The notes under the pieces: model-generated
Seen by the model: the letters and a program-made list of their open reading frames with translations, nothing else
The model's database searches: none
Told to the model about the DNA's origin: nothing
DNA from: Centroscyllium fabricii
Lineage: Eukaryota
Assembly (NCBI GenBank): GCA_051313645.2
Contig: JBNRSN020000010.1
Coordinates: forward strand, 11,284,001-11,348,000
Reading direction: 5' to 3'
Length of the DNA stretch: 64,000 nt
Shown: positions 36,055 to 48,629 of the stretch, in pieces
How the letters are laid out: every line of letters starts with the position of its first letter
Numbering within the stretch: position 1 is the first letter of the stretch
Made by a program: the position numbers and the translations under genes

Positions 36055-39000
36055 TGACCTGAACCGGGCTGGGACCAGTGTCCTGGCGAATCGTATAACT
36101 AGGGCTGTAGAGAGGGCTTTAAATCGAATTAGTGGGGGGGGAGGTTTCTAGAGAGCAAATAAATAAAATGACACTGGAGAAGGTAATGGACATAGGTAAC
36201 AACGAGGCAATTAAAAGACAGAGTGTGTCAGGAAAGGAAAGAATGTATGGTGATAAAGGTAAAGTTGAAAAAAAGGAAAAAGCAGGAATGAAGTGTCAGA
36301 CATATTTGAAAGTCCTCTATTTGAATGCACGTAGTATTCGTAATAAAATGGACGAGTTGACGGCACAAATAGTTACATATGGGTATGATCTTGTGGCAAT
36401 TACGGAGACATGGCTACAGGGTGACCAGGACTGGGAATTAAACATACAAGGGTATTTAACGATTAGGAGGGACAGGCAGGAGGGAAGGGGAGGTGGGGTG
36501 GCTATGTTAGTAAGGCAAGGTATCACGGCAATACAGCGGAATGATATTGGTTCAGAGCATCAAGATGGTGAAACAGTTTGGGTGGAATTAAGAAATAATA
36601 AAGGGAAAAAAACAATAGTGGGCGTAGTCTATAGGCCTCCAGACAGTTGTAACACAGTTGGTCGGAGTATAAATCAGGAAATAGTTGGGGCTTGTAATAA
36701 GGGAACAGCTATAATTATGGGAGATTTTAACTTTCATATTGACTGGACAAATCAAGTTGGACAGGGCAGCCTTGAGGAAGAGTTCATTGAGTGTATTAGG
36801 GATGGGTTCCTTGAACAGTATGTAACTGAACCGACCAGGGTGCAAGCAATCTTAGATCTGGTCCTATGTAATGAGACAGGATTAATTAAAAATGTCCTAG
36901 TAAAGGATCCCCTTGGAAAGAGTGACCATAACATGGTCGAATTCCAAATTCAATTAGAGGGTGAGAGGGTTGGATCTCAAACAAGGGTACTGAGCTTAAA
37001 TAAAGGAGACTATGATGTAATGAGAGCAGAATTGATTAAGGTGGACTGGGGAAACAGATTAAAGGGTAAGACGGTACCTGATCAGTGGTGTGTATTCAAG
37101 GAATTATTTTATATCTTTCAAGATAAATATATTCCACTGAGGAAAAAGGGGTGTAAAAGTAAAAACAACTATCCGTGGCTAAGTAAAGTAATAAAGGAGA
37201 GTATCCGACTAAAAACAAGGTTATATAAGGTAGCTAAATCTAGTGGGAAGATAGAAGATAGGGAAGCTTTTAAATGTCAGCAAAAGATAACAAAAAGCTT
37301 GATTAGGAAAGGGAAGATAGATTATGAAAGTAAGTTAGCAAAAAATATAAAAACAGATAGCAAGAGTTTCTATAGTTACATAAAAAGAAAAAAGGTGGCT
37401 AAAGTAAATGTTGGTCCTTTAGAGGATGAGACCGGGAAATTAATGGTAGGAGACATGGAGATGGCAAAAGCGCTGAACAAATATTTTGTATCCGTCTTTA
37501 CAGTGGAGGACCTCAAAATATCCCATTATTGGATAAACAGGTGGCTCTAGCGGGGGAGGAGCTAATTACGTTTAAAGTCACTAAGGAGGTGGTACTTGGG
37601 AAAATTATGGGACTTAAGGAGGATAAATCTCCTGGACCTGATGGCTTACATCCTAGGGTCTTGAAGGAAGTGGCGGTAGGGATTGTGGATGCGTTAGTAA
37701 TAATTTTTCAAAACTCACTGGACTCGGCAAAGGTTCCGGCAGATTGGAAAACTGCTAACGTAACGCCCTTATTTAAAAAGGGTAATAGACAGAAGGCTGG
37801 AAATTATAGACCAGTTAGCCTAACATCTGTGGTTGGGAAAATGTTAGAATCTATTATTAAGGAAACAGTAACAGGGCATTTGGATAAACACCATTTAATA
37901 GGACAAAGTCAGCATGGTTTTACAAAGGGGAAGTCATGCTTGACAAATTTGTTAGAGTTTTTTGAGGACATAACATATAGGGTGGATAAAGGGGAACCAG
38001 TGGATGTGGTGTATTTGGACTTCCAAAAGGCATTTGACAAGGTGCCCCACAGAAGATTATTACTCAAGATAAAAAATCACGGGGTTGGGGGTAATATTCT
38101 GGCATGGGTGGAGGATTGGCTTTCTAACAGAAAACAGAGAGTTGGGATAAATGGTTCGTTCTCAGACTGGCAGTCAGTCACTAGTGGTGTTCCGCAAGGG
38201 TCGGTGCTGGGACCCCAACTCTTTACAATCTATATTAACGATTTGGAAGAAGGGACCAAGTGCAACATATCAAAGTTTGTGGATGACACAAAAATGGGAG
38301 GGAGGGTGATGAATGAGGAGGACATTAAAAACCTGCAAAAGGACATAGATAGGCTAAGTGAGTGGGCAGAGATTTGGCAGATGGAGTATAATACTGGAAA
38401 ATGTGAAGTTATGCACTTTGGCAGGAAAAATAATAGAGTGAGTTATTATCTAAATGGAAAGGAACTGGAAAGTACTTCAGTGCAAAGGGATCTGGGGGTC
38501 CTGGTGCAGGGGACACAGAAAGTTAATATGCAGGTGCAGCAGGTGGTAAGGAAGGCCAACGGAATGTTGGCTTTTATTGCTAAGGGGCTGGAGTATAAAA
38601 GCAGGGAGGTCTTGTTGCAGTTGTACAGGGTATTGGTGAGACCACACCTGGAATACTGCGTGCAGTTCTGGTGTCCCTATTTAAGAAAGGACATACTTGC
38701 TCTCGAGGCAGTGCAGAGAAGATTCACTAGGTTAGTTCCGGGGATGAGGGGGCTAACATATGACGAGAGGCTGAGTGGATTGGGCCTCTACTCATTGGAG
38801 TTCAGAAGAATGAGAGGCGATCTTATTGAAATATATAAGATTGTGAGAGGGCTTGATTGGGTGGATGCGGTGAGGATGTTCCCAATGGTGAGTGAGACTA
38901 GGACTAGTGGGCATAATCTTAAAATAAAGGGCTCCCATTTTAAAACTGAGATGAGGGGGAACTTCTTTACTCAGAGGGTGGTACGGCTGTGGAATTTGCT

Positions 39001-39272
39001 GCCCCAGAGAGCTGTAGAAGCTACTACGTTGAATAAATTTAAAACTGAGATAGACAGTTTCCTGGAATTAAAGGGAATTAGGGGTTATGGTGAACGGGCT
39101 GGTAAGTGGACGTGAGGCTAGGTTGAGATCGGCCATGTCTGGTTTTTCACCTCTCCCAGGTGATTACATTGGTTTGGGCGGGTTGGAGAGTAAAAATAAA
39201 ATTGAGGTTAGGATCAGATCAGCCGATTGGCCTACTCCTGCTCCTATTTCTTATGTTCTTATGTTCTTATGT
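36055..39272 (+). mobile_element. Young CR1 LINE (ORF1 end, full ORF2, 3' UTR) inserted in proviral gag
   Basis: ORF1 tail LNRAGTSVLANRITRAVERALN. (TTCTTATG)n tail at about 39248-39272. Confidence 0.95.
36132..39115 (+). CDS. CR1 ORF2 (APE endonuclease plus reverse transcriptase), broken by one frameshift at about 37515
   Basis: ORFs of 472 aa (YLNARS, ITETW, YRPP, MGDFN, LDLVL, SDHN) and 528 aa (SPGPDG, YRPVSLTS, QHGF, YLDFQKAFD, PQGSVLGP, FVDD) overlap at a 4-A run. Confidence 0.9.
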
Positions 39273-40030
39273 TTTGGCTGTCCCCACCGATGTCACTGTT
39301 GCTAAACGAGTCCAAGAGGTTAAGTTAAAGTATCAGAGCGAGATGAGTGAAAACGGATGGAAGGAAACTAGTCCATTATCTGATCAAATAAAGCGGTGGG
39401 CGGAACAAAAGGAGGCTAATCAAGGTAACCAGGGGGCAGCTTTGTGTGCTAGTTGTTTGGATCGTATTGGTCCCATAATTGTGGACAAAAGGGTAAGACC
39501 ATATCCACTGCAGGAATTCCTAAGACATTTTCATGCGGCTAAAAGAATGAAGGAGCAAAGCTCCGAAAGCTTGTGATTTCAAATAAACTGTAGGACTACA
39601 GCCTGGTGTTGTGTGACTTCTTACATTGGGCTAAAGTTCGAGTTGGTAGGCTCCTGCAATTGGAGCCATCATGGATGGAGAATCTAGATGATTTAAGGAA
39701 TTGGGTGATAATTGTTAAGGCCATGGAATCCCAGCAAGATAAGACTATTCAAAATTCGATCCCCCCTCCCCGCGAATACAACCGTATCTGTCCATCTGTA
39801 CCATCTCAGTCTGAGGCCAGGAACTTCAAACGCAAGGCCTCCGGCTTAATGTATCCGGGAGACGATGCTGACAAACGAGAGATGGGGGCGTAGTGGCATC
39901 ATGGTCAAGGCTCCGCCTTTCACACCTCAGGAAACATATAGCATTCTCCTTTGAAATGGGAAGGGAAGGAGGGACAAGGAACCCGAGGACGCGGTCAGAG
40001 TCCCCAGGATTCACCAGGGGTGGGGTTGCC
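39273..40030 (+). pseudogene. Proviral gag-like remnant; probable start ATG at about 36040, before the CR1 insertion
   Basis: MSEEG (36040) joins LAVPTDVTVAKRVQEVKLKYQ.. after the CR1 tail. Located between the 5' LTR and the protease motif. No diagnostic motif recognised. Confidence 0.5.
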
Positions 40031-40079
40031 CGACCGATGATTTGACGCTCTCCTCCTCATATCAGCACGCCCCACACGA

Positions 40080-40900
40080 GTAGGACCCACCATTCTCAGG
40101 CTTTGGAGGGCCGAGTTCACCCACCCATGCCTAAATTAGATACGGGAGCCTCGGTGCCGCGACCTGTTACTGTCTCTGGCCTGCGGAGCATGATAGGATT
40201 GTTCAACTATTGCTGCACATACGTATCCAAATTCACTGAATTGCCAATTATCTTCAATGAGCTCCTAAATGGAGGGCCCTGGGAGAGCTGAGACTAGCTT
40301 GGACACATAAGGCAGTCGAAGCCTCTAATGTGGTCAAAATCACTTTGACCAATGCGCCTGCCCTGGTTCTCCCAGTTCCCACAAAACCTCCCACTTGTGG
40401 AACTGGGTGGGCAACCGGGCATATAGTGCGGTGGTGGGACAATTCCACGATGATCATATAGGACCTGTAGTATATTATTATTGCCCGGTACCATCTTCTA
40501 TGATGGCTGGCTTCCACTTACTGTGCAGCCCGGGCGGCAGAAGCAATAGAGGAATGGTGTTACCCGAGAACGCGTCCCCTCAGGGTATGGGGGACACCTC
40601 TCAATTACAACCAACCCTCCTGAAGTACGTATGTGTACTCAGTGAGTCCAATCAGGTCAAAAACTTTAGAGTTAAACACCTAAGCAGGCACAGGATGCCA
40701 AAAGACAGAGGGTGGGTTGGGAAAACACTCCCATATGTGGGACAATGGGTGATAACCGGTTCGAGGTGTTTTGGAGCCTCGGTTGGATGGACCTCTTCAG
40801 ATCCTCCTTAGTACAGGGACCTCAGTTTGTTGCAAAAAACATTGGTTGTAAGGTGGAGACACTGGAGCCAGTCTAAGCTGGTGACGACGCCAGTGAATAA
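40080..40900 (+). pseudogene. Proviral pro/pol remnant with large internal deletions
   Basis: LDTGAS fused directly to VPRPVTVSGLRSMIGLFNYCCTYVSKFTEL. LTNAPALVLP. WRHWSQSKL resembles an integrase C-terminus. Confidence 0.75.
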
Positions 40901-41649
40901 ATGTCCGCTAACCCTGAGAACCCTCAACACAAAGGATTTGTGTGGAAACGGCTTTGCAGAATTCTACGCTGTTATGAGTGGACTATTTAAAAGCCTGAGT
41001 CGTAGCTCTCATGGACACAGGCAGTGCGCATTTTCCCTTTATTTTTATCTGTCTCTCTCGACATTGTTACTGCTGCACTACTGGAGTGTATGTGTATGTG
41101 TCCGCACTGGTACAAGGTGCTAGGAATTATGACACAATTATAGTTAAGAGTAATAAGAATTAACTTTCATCCTCCTCAATGTTTAAAACGTGTGTCTTGT
41201 CTTAGATTTTGGACGTTTTCAGAATGTGCGAAAACAATTGTGTAATAGATCTGACCTCGAAAGTAGCTTCTTGATCAGCTGCTGCTCTTGAGGAGGGATA
41301 AACCCCGTGGGGAGCGCCGGTGAATAGAAAATTGACAGAGACCGAGTCCCCTTAACAAATATGATAAACTTTATTTTGGAAAGTCTGCCTCTAAAAAAAG
41401 AACCTGGAACTAATTTACTTTAAGCTGGTGTGCAATCACCGATAAGAGCAACAAAACGTTTGTTTAGAAAATATTAACTTTCTGTCTAAGATTTAACATT
41501 AGATTCGCGGTTGCTATGGTGAAATCTTCCCAAGCAGTTTGATTTAATTTGATTCAACGTGAAAACCTAATTTTTCACAGTTATATTCTATATTTTTACA
41601 TTATTTTGGAAAGGCATCTAAAGAAAGGACAATAAGAAAAATGACATAA

Positions 41650-44230
41650 TTTACTGTTCAAGGTTGTGCTGTTCCGTTTTTACCTACCTGTTCTGTTTGT
41701 GCTTAGTTAAAGAGTGAAAAAAAACTCGCTTTTTAGATCGGGAAAATTTTTCTAAATTAATTTTCGTGAAGTTAAGCAATTGCATACGTCTGATAATGTT
41801 CTGCCCCACCTTCTAAGAAACTGCAGAGGATTTAACCCTTTCCACTGAGAGCTGTTTAAATTCACCAAGCAAAAACTTTAATATTGCTGATTTAAATTTA
41901 AAGATATTGGCTGTTAATAAATTTGAGTTTTTAATATTTAGTTAATATTTTCCCACAGTTATAGAATGTGTTAATATTGTTTTGATAAATTAAACCTTTG
42001 GGCTCTAAGTAGAGTCACCGTGGATTCACTGATTTCTTGTGTTAAATAGAAGTTATCTGGTAAACTAATTACAGCACTTATGTCTCTAATGTTGAAACAC
42101 TCTCGGCACCTAGCCTGATAATTACGTGTTTCTGAAATTCAAAATGGAGGATAAATTAATTGAAATGAAATTGAACATTGACAAAACCTATCAGCTCAAC
42201 TCTACTGCTGTTTGGATTTGGGGATAATTTTGCAATGAGAATATGGACTCAGGTACTAAATTTGTTTAGATTTAGGAAATTAACAGATCCTCTAAAATAA
42301 TGATAAATAAAAAGTGTTAATAACTTGGTTCAAGTGAGAACGTTTGATCTTTGTTTTCTATCGTGAATGTTGTAATGGACAGTAAACTTTCTCCTGGATG
42401 CATGAATGAGATATGAATGGGAATTTAAAGAAAGTGTTTGAGGATTTAAATTAAAATAGGAGAATTACACTGCTGAATGAGAATTTCCAAATGTGCTAGT
42501 AAAAATCAGGAAAGTGCAGTTAAGAATAGTAAATTCACAGCTTTCTCTTGGAGAGATTTGTGTCTTTGCTATTAATGAATATTTTAAAAGAAAACTGAAA
42601 TGTGAAAGACCATCCATTACCCAAGACATCGGGACCATTCAGAGGCTGATGCGCAAAGGCTTCCAGGCAATCTTTTGATAAGGCACATGAAAGCCCGTTA
42701 AAAGCTTGTATCGGAGGGCAGGTGAGGCATGATATTGAGATACCAGTATGACTGTGCTAATATGCTTTGTTACGTACGAGGTAATTACCATCCGGGAATG
42801 TAGGGTGAATCTGAACTGATAATTGTGTCTCAGACATGCTCAATTACTTGACAACAGCAAGATATGAAATTGTTAATGTGACTCAGGAGAAGGAGAATTT
42901 TTTGAAAAAGACTTGACACATATTCCATTGAGAAACTAGCAGAATAGAACTAAACACACTGGTACATTTTAAAGGGAATGAAATTGAAGCTGAATAATTT
43001 GAATCGGGACAATTGAGGGCTAAGGAGAAATCATGTTTAATAAGAATTAGACACGTGATAGATATGAGCAAATAGATCCGGAGAATCTTTTACATTCATG
43101 ATTTGTTGAGTGGATGTCAAAGTGTAATGTCGTTTGAGATTATTGTAAGACTGTGCATAACTGAATATAACTGTGTATTGTAGGAAACAGAGCGTGGGAC
43201 AAAAACAGTACGAATCCAATATGAGCTGATCAACACTTTTCACATAATATTACAAGCTATGCTCAAGTGAAATGAGTTAGTAAGTAAGAGCTACACAATT
43301 ATGTGACACAATTTGGATACGTGGATACGACATTCCCCTGCTGTTTGAGGGTTTCAGTGAGCTCAGGATACAACTGAACTCCTCCCTAAAAACTTGTTTT
43401 AATCTTTTAGGGCACGACAACTTCAGGATGGATATTGAAATTGACAGCATAGGGGACAACTCACACCGGTTGGATATTGTGCTTAATATATCAGCACACA
43501 CTTAGGTTTATATTATTTCACAAGCTCTCTTAGTTATCCAGCTTGAAATGATAATGGCCCAAAATTTATGCAAGAAGTCACACAACACCAGATTTATAGT
43601 TCAACGGTTTTATTTTAAATCACAAGCTTTCGGAGCGCTGCTCCTTCGTCAAGGTGAACAGAGAGAGACTGCAATTCCGATGAAGGCCAGTGGGGGTCGC
43701 GAGTGCATTGAGTTCACGTTTGCGTGCGCACCAGGAGGTGCGCAGTAGGATTCCGATTTTTTAAATTTTAAAGACAGGTATTTTTTAGGCCAGTTAAAAA
43801 CTTTAATTTTTTTCTAAATTTTTATTTTTTCTTTAAAATAGGTTATTTATGTTCGAGTATTGTTGAAAAATGTGGTGTTTTTTTACTTTACTTTTGTGTT
43901 TAGATGTGTTTTTGAAGCTTTTCCTTTTCATAACTTACACAGATTTCTCTCTGTAAGTTATGAATGGAGGATTGCTTCCATTCATTGGCTCGCTGCAGAT
44001 CACGTGGTGCCACGGTAGATCTCCCACTAACTATAACGTTGACTTACACCAGCGCGGCACCTAGAGAGTGCAGCAGCTTTAAAACATCAGGATTTCACAT
44101 CCCAGAATTGCAGAACGGCAGGAGTGCAGGGTAAGTGTTCCTTGGAGGCTTACACTCTCAGGAAGGCTACGATGCTACTTATTGGGCCAATTGTATTTGA
44201 TATATGTCTATGCTTATAGTAGGACTTTGA
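41650..44230 (+). pseudogene. Env-like remnant of the provirus
   Basis: Hydrophobic leader (about 41660-41705), decayed basic site K*SHR|GFTDFL (about 42007-42040), heptad-like KMEDKLIEMKLNIDKTYQLNSTAV, TM-like WLDIVLNISAHT*VYIISQALLVIQL (about 43470-43545). Heavily mutated. Confidence 0.45.
43556..44188 (+). mobile_element. Harbinger-type MITE with AAT TSD, carrying a short Penelope fragment (about 43570-43660)
   Basis: aat|ggcccaaaatt...ttattgggcc|aat. AT core matches the reverse complement of 54860-55010. Confidence 0.78.
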
Positions 44231-44801
44231 TGCATAAGCCAATTGCATACTCATGCCTATGACAAACGAGCACTATCAAAATAATTGAACACACCCAAAA
44301 GAGAAGATCCGAAGCAACGTAGAGGAAAGCCCGGGCAGTGTATAATCAGGAAAGATAGAAGATACAGAGGATACCCCAGGCGGCGCAGAATTGGAACACC
44401 GGACCAGTGAATTAAATTTAAATAAGGGATTAATCAGGGTCGCTACTGCCATATCATATGATACTAGCAATAGGAGCAGCATAGGGACAAGGATAGATGG
44501 GGAATTAATAGAGAGATCCATGCAATGATCAGACTGATTTCACACAAATTAATCGAGGTGCAGTTAATATTGGCCTGTGGTCTGTTATGTTTGTCATGTA
44601 GAAAATGTAAACTGTTTCAGATAATACAGGAGAAGCCAGAAGTCTGGGGGCTGCTCAACATAGTAAATATGCTTACGGGAAGAAACCACAATAATTCATC
44701 TCATCCGGTTTCTCCGCATACTGTATTGACAATTCATAGGTAGGTAGGGACACCATGCAACCCGCCTTAAGGTTCCCTTTGGGGGGATTGGAAAGAGAGA
44801 T

Positions 44802-45638
44802 TGTTGGATCGCGGAAATAGGCCTGTGAAATAGGCCTGACTCCTTCCGTCTTTAAAAACATTAACAATAGCCAGGGAGCTATATTACTATTATTGCAAAT
44901 CATGTTTAAAGGAAGATTAATGTAACTTGTAGATATATATATATAAGTTATACACGTTGCATTTAGATGGCCACAATGGCTGCAGGAATAACTCCATAAA
45001 TTAGCCATGGCAAGAGTCTCTGAGAATACTTTCCAATAGCAACCCTGTTAAAATCCACAGATGCAGCTGTTTTTTGAGGAAGATAAGGATGACAAGCAAG
45101 CCAGTACTACCTTTGCTTTACAATCCTATATATCTCTCTAGAATGTTCAATTGACTTCCCAACCGAATATGTTTATCACAGGGAGTTTTTCCCGTGAAAA
45201 CTAATGACGTTTTTGGCACGAACGAGGGTACAGATAAGGCTGGTACAACCTATTTGTGCAGACATAGAGTCTCATTCCCAAGAAAAGATGGGGGCCAGTG
45301 TCCGAAAAACTTAAATGTTATATTAAATGTCATCTCACACCTCAGGCACCTCAGCGCGGCTCCTAATGTTGAGTGCCTAAACACATTAACCAATAGGGGA
45401 GTAATGGTAGTGACGCTGTTCATACAGGTACGCCCACTTATGTAACCCATGAGTGGTACCACTTGAAAGGTATATCAATGCTTGTAGAATGTATTTGTAT
45501 TGAGTGTACCGGTCCAATATTGAGGAGGCGTGATCTCTCTCCCTTGTGCGCAGGCCCTTTATGACCATTTTTAATAAAACTTTTACTTTATATTCAATTC
45601 TGTATCCACCTAGAGTTTCTCCGAATTGGAATATAACA
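44802..45638 (+). repeat. 3' LTR
   Basis: tgttggatcg start, ends aatataaca. Colinear with 34827-35605. Preceded by ggggggattggaaagagaga. Confidence 0.9.
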
Positions 45639-47752
45639 GTATAAACCAGGGAATTAGAGGCCAGTAAGCCAAACGTCACTGGTAGGGAATTATTGCAAAC
45701 ATTTCTGAGGGACAAAGTTAGTCTCAGGTGGAGAGGCAACTGTTAATCAAGGATAGGCAGCATGGCATTTTAAGGGAGAGATCATGTCTAAACAATTTGA
45801 TTGCATTTCTCGAGGAGTTGACTCGGTGTGTGGATGAGGGTAGTGAAGTTGATGTTGTCTACATGGACTTCAGAAACGCTTTCGACAAATTCCACATGGG
45901 AGACTGGTCAAGAATGTGAGAGTCCATGGAATCCAGGGCGATTTGGCTCATTGGATCCTACATTGCCTTAGTGGCTTGAGGCAGAGTGCGAGGGTCAATG
46001 GTTTTTGTGTGACTGGAAGCCTGCATATCAGAAATCATGTCTGGGTCCTTTACTGTTTTTAGTATGCATTAATCATTTAGATATGAATGTAGGAGGTAAA
46101 TTCGCAGATGACACGAAAATTGGCGGAGTGGTAAATAGCGAGGAGGCAAGCCTCGGATACAGGACGATATAAAATGGTTGATCAAATGGGCAGAACTGTG
46201 ACAAATGGAATTTAAACCTGAGAAGTGTGAGGTAATTCATTTTAGGTGGAATAAAAAAGCAAGATATATACGCTGAATGGTAGGACCCTAGGGAGGACAG
46301 AGGAACAGAGGCACCTTGATGTGCATGGATATAGATAACTGAAGAATGCAGGACAGGTATATAAAGTGGTTAAAATGCATATGGGATATTTTCCATCATT
46401 TGCCGAACATAGAATATAAGAGCAGGGAGCTTGCGATGGAGCTGTACAAAATGCTAGTTAGGCCACAGCGTGAATATTGTATGTAGTTTTGGTCGCCACA
46501 CTATAGGAAGGATGGGATTATATTAGCACATGTGCAGAGAAGATTCATCAGGACGTTACCTGGGCTGGAGTGCGTCAGCTATGAAGAAAGACTGGACGGG
46601 CTGGAGTTGTTTTCCTTTTGAGCAGAGAAGACTGACGTGGGACCTGATTGAGCTGTACAGAATTATGACTATCATAGACTGGGTAGATAGCAAGGAACTT
46701 TACCACTTAGTAGAGGGGACAATCACTAGGGGCATAGATTCAAAGTAAGTGGCAAAAGCTTTAGAGGGGATTTGAGAAAAATCATCTTCATGCAGAGGGT
46801 GTTGGAATCTGGAACTCGCTGCCTGAAAGGGTGATAGAGGCACGAACCCTCAAAACGTTCATAAGAATTAAAATGAGCTTTTGAAACGTCATAGCATAAA
46901 AGGCTACGGACCAAGTGCTGTAAATGGCATTACAATAGACAGAGCATTACGGCTGGCGCAGGCACAATGTGGCAAAGAGCCTCTTTCTGTGCTGTATATA
47001 CCTGTCGCTCTCTGACGCTGTGACATTGTCAAGCATGGTCGTACCTTTTTAATTCGGCGCTGGTTACTTCTAACTAACTAACCCTGCATCTAGGTCAATG
47101 AAAATTTCAGTCCTCATTAGAGTCTCTTAAAGTTATTCTAGCTCAGATGTTAAGGTAACCAGTCTGTAGTTACCAAGATTATCTCGATTTCCGTTTATTA
47201 ATATAGAGACTACAATGGCTGCAGACAAATCCCCTGGCACACACCCACAGTCGGTTGAGCGCAAAGATATAACTTCTGTAGATTTTGCAATTTCTTTATT
47301 CAAATCCCCATGATCCCAGAATATTTCACGTCGGGCGCTTTGCCTGAATTAAGGGTAATTATGTAAAACATTTATTTTATCCATCATAATATCACACAGC
47401 TCGCTCTCAAGTACAACACAATACGTATCCGCTCTGATGCCATTATGTTTATCGAATCATTTCGAAGTACTTATTTATTCCCTCTATTTTGATCATCGTG
47501 TACAAATTGAAAATGTCTCCTCTGAGAGGTCTCATCCGACTGTTAACAATTTCTTGTTTCCTCATGTATTTAGTGATATAAACCAAAGTTGAGTGGGGGA
47601 GGGAGCAAGGGGCAGAAAGGCAAAAGCCAAAGCCCTACTGAGGCTTGAGACGAGCAGCTTTTAACCCGTCAATGAGGAAACGTTGTTAGGTGCGGTTCTT
47701 CTGAGTGCAAGAAAATTTGAAGCTTTACTGAAGCTTTTAAAATATTAACCCT

Positions 47753-48154
47753 TAGAAACATAGAAAATAGGAGCAGCAGTAGGCCATATCGGCCCTTCGA
47801 GCCTGCTCCGCCATTCAATGAGATCATGGCTGATCATCCAAACCCAGCACCCCGCCCCTGCCCTCTCCCCACATCACTCGATCCCTATCGAGCCTCCATC
47901 GACACATATCCCACCCTATCCCCGTTACCCCACATATTCAAACCCCCTAAAACTAAGGGTCAATTTATCATGGCCAATCAACCTAACCCGCACATCTTTG
48001 GACTTTGGGGGGAAACCGGAGCACCCGGAGGAAACCCACGCAGACACGGGGAGAATGTGCAAACTCCACACAGATAGTACCCGAGGCTGAATTTGAACCC
48101 GGGTCTCCAGTGCTGTGGGACAACAACGATAACCACTGTGCCACCGTGCCGCCC
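47753..48154 (-). mobile_element. tRNA-derived V-SINE (HE1-like) with CR1-type 3' end
   Basis: Minus head gggcggcacggtggcacagtgg..gggttcaaatt, V-domain tgtgtggagtttgcacattctccccgtgtctgcgtgggtttcctccggg, CR1-like tail. Confidence 0.88.
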
Positions 48155-48165
48155 ACAAATTTATT

Positions 48166-48237
48166 AGGCCCCATTGAGATTTGAATTCACAACCCTTTGT
48201 TTATAAGACCAGTGCTCTAACCCTGAGCTATGGAGCG
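48166..48237 (-). tRNA. tRNA-Thr(TGT)-derived pseudogene; anticodon now reads TAT
   Basis: Minus cgctccatagctcagggttagagcactggtcttataaacaaagggttgtgaattcaaatctcaatggggcct matches the vertebrate tRNA-Thr-TGT body with several stem mismatches. Confidence 0.8.
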
Positions 48238-48629
48238 ACCTTATCATAATCTCTCCAACGGCTTTGCTGAAAACGTTGTGAGTTCCTTCTGACACTGGTT
48301 TCTCACACATACTGCTTACTTTGTTCTCTTTGAGGTCGCATGCATGAGTTCTTTTAGCATATTTCTAAAGAAGCAGGCTTTATAGACACAATGAGGGTGA
48401 ATTTGGCTTGCATAATGTCAACCCCGTGTTACTGTTATTGATGAACCCTAAGTTTGTTTCATGCGATTAATGAACATAAGTCACCGTGGCAATGCACACA
48501 GTGCAGCAGTCTGCCGGGCGCCCTGGTCATGGTGTGGGTGAAAGCCATGCTGTTGCTCCCTGCAATTCTTCTTAAGAAGACTAAATAATGGCTGGAAATT
48601 AGTACCGTCATAGGGACAAAACGCAAAAC

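Larger units (their letters stand above)
34827..45638 (+). mobile_element. Decayed endogenous retrovirus-like provirus (LTR-gag-pro/pol remnant-env-like-LTR)
   Basis: Two homologous LTRs, a purine tract before the 3' LTR, degenerate 4-bp TSD (gggt / gtat), protease LDTGAS and RT thumb PRPVTVSGLRSMIGLFNYC. Confidence 0.85.
32610..47015 (+). mobile_element. Old CR1 LINE (32610-34826 plus 45639-47015), split by the provirus
   Basis: ORF1 esterase remnant (DGLHLN), EN (YYRPPNS..IIVGDFNFPNI), ANVVPFF at about 34790. Resumes after the 3' LTR with KPGN*RPVS, RQHG..SCLNNLIAF, through to the tail at about 47015. Confidence 0.85.
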
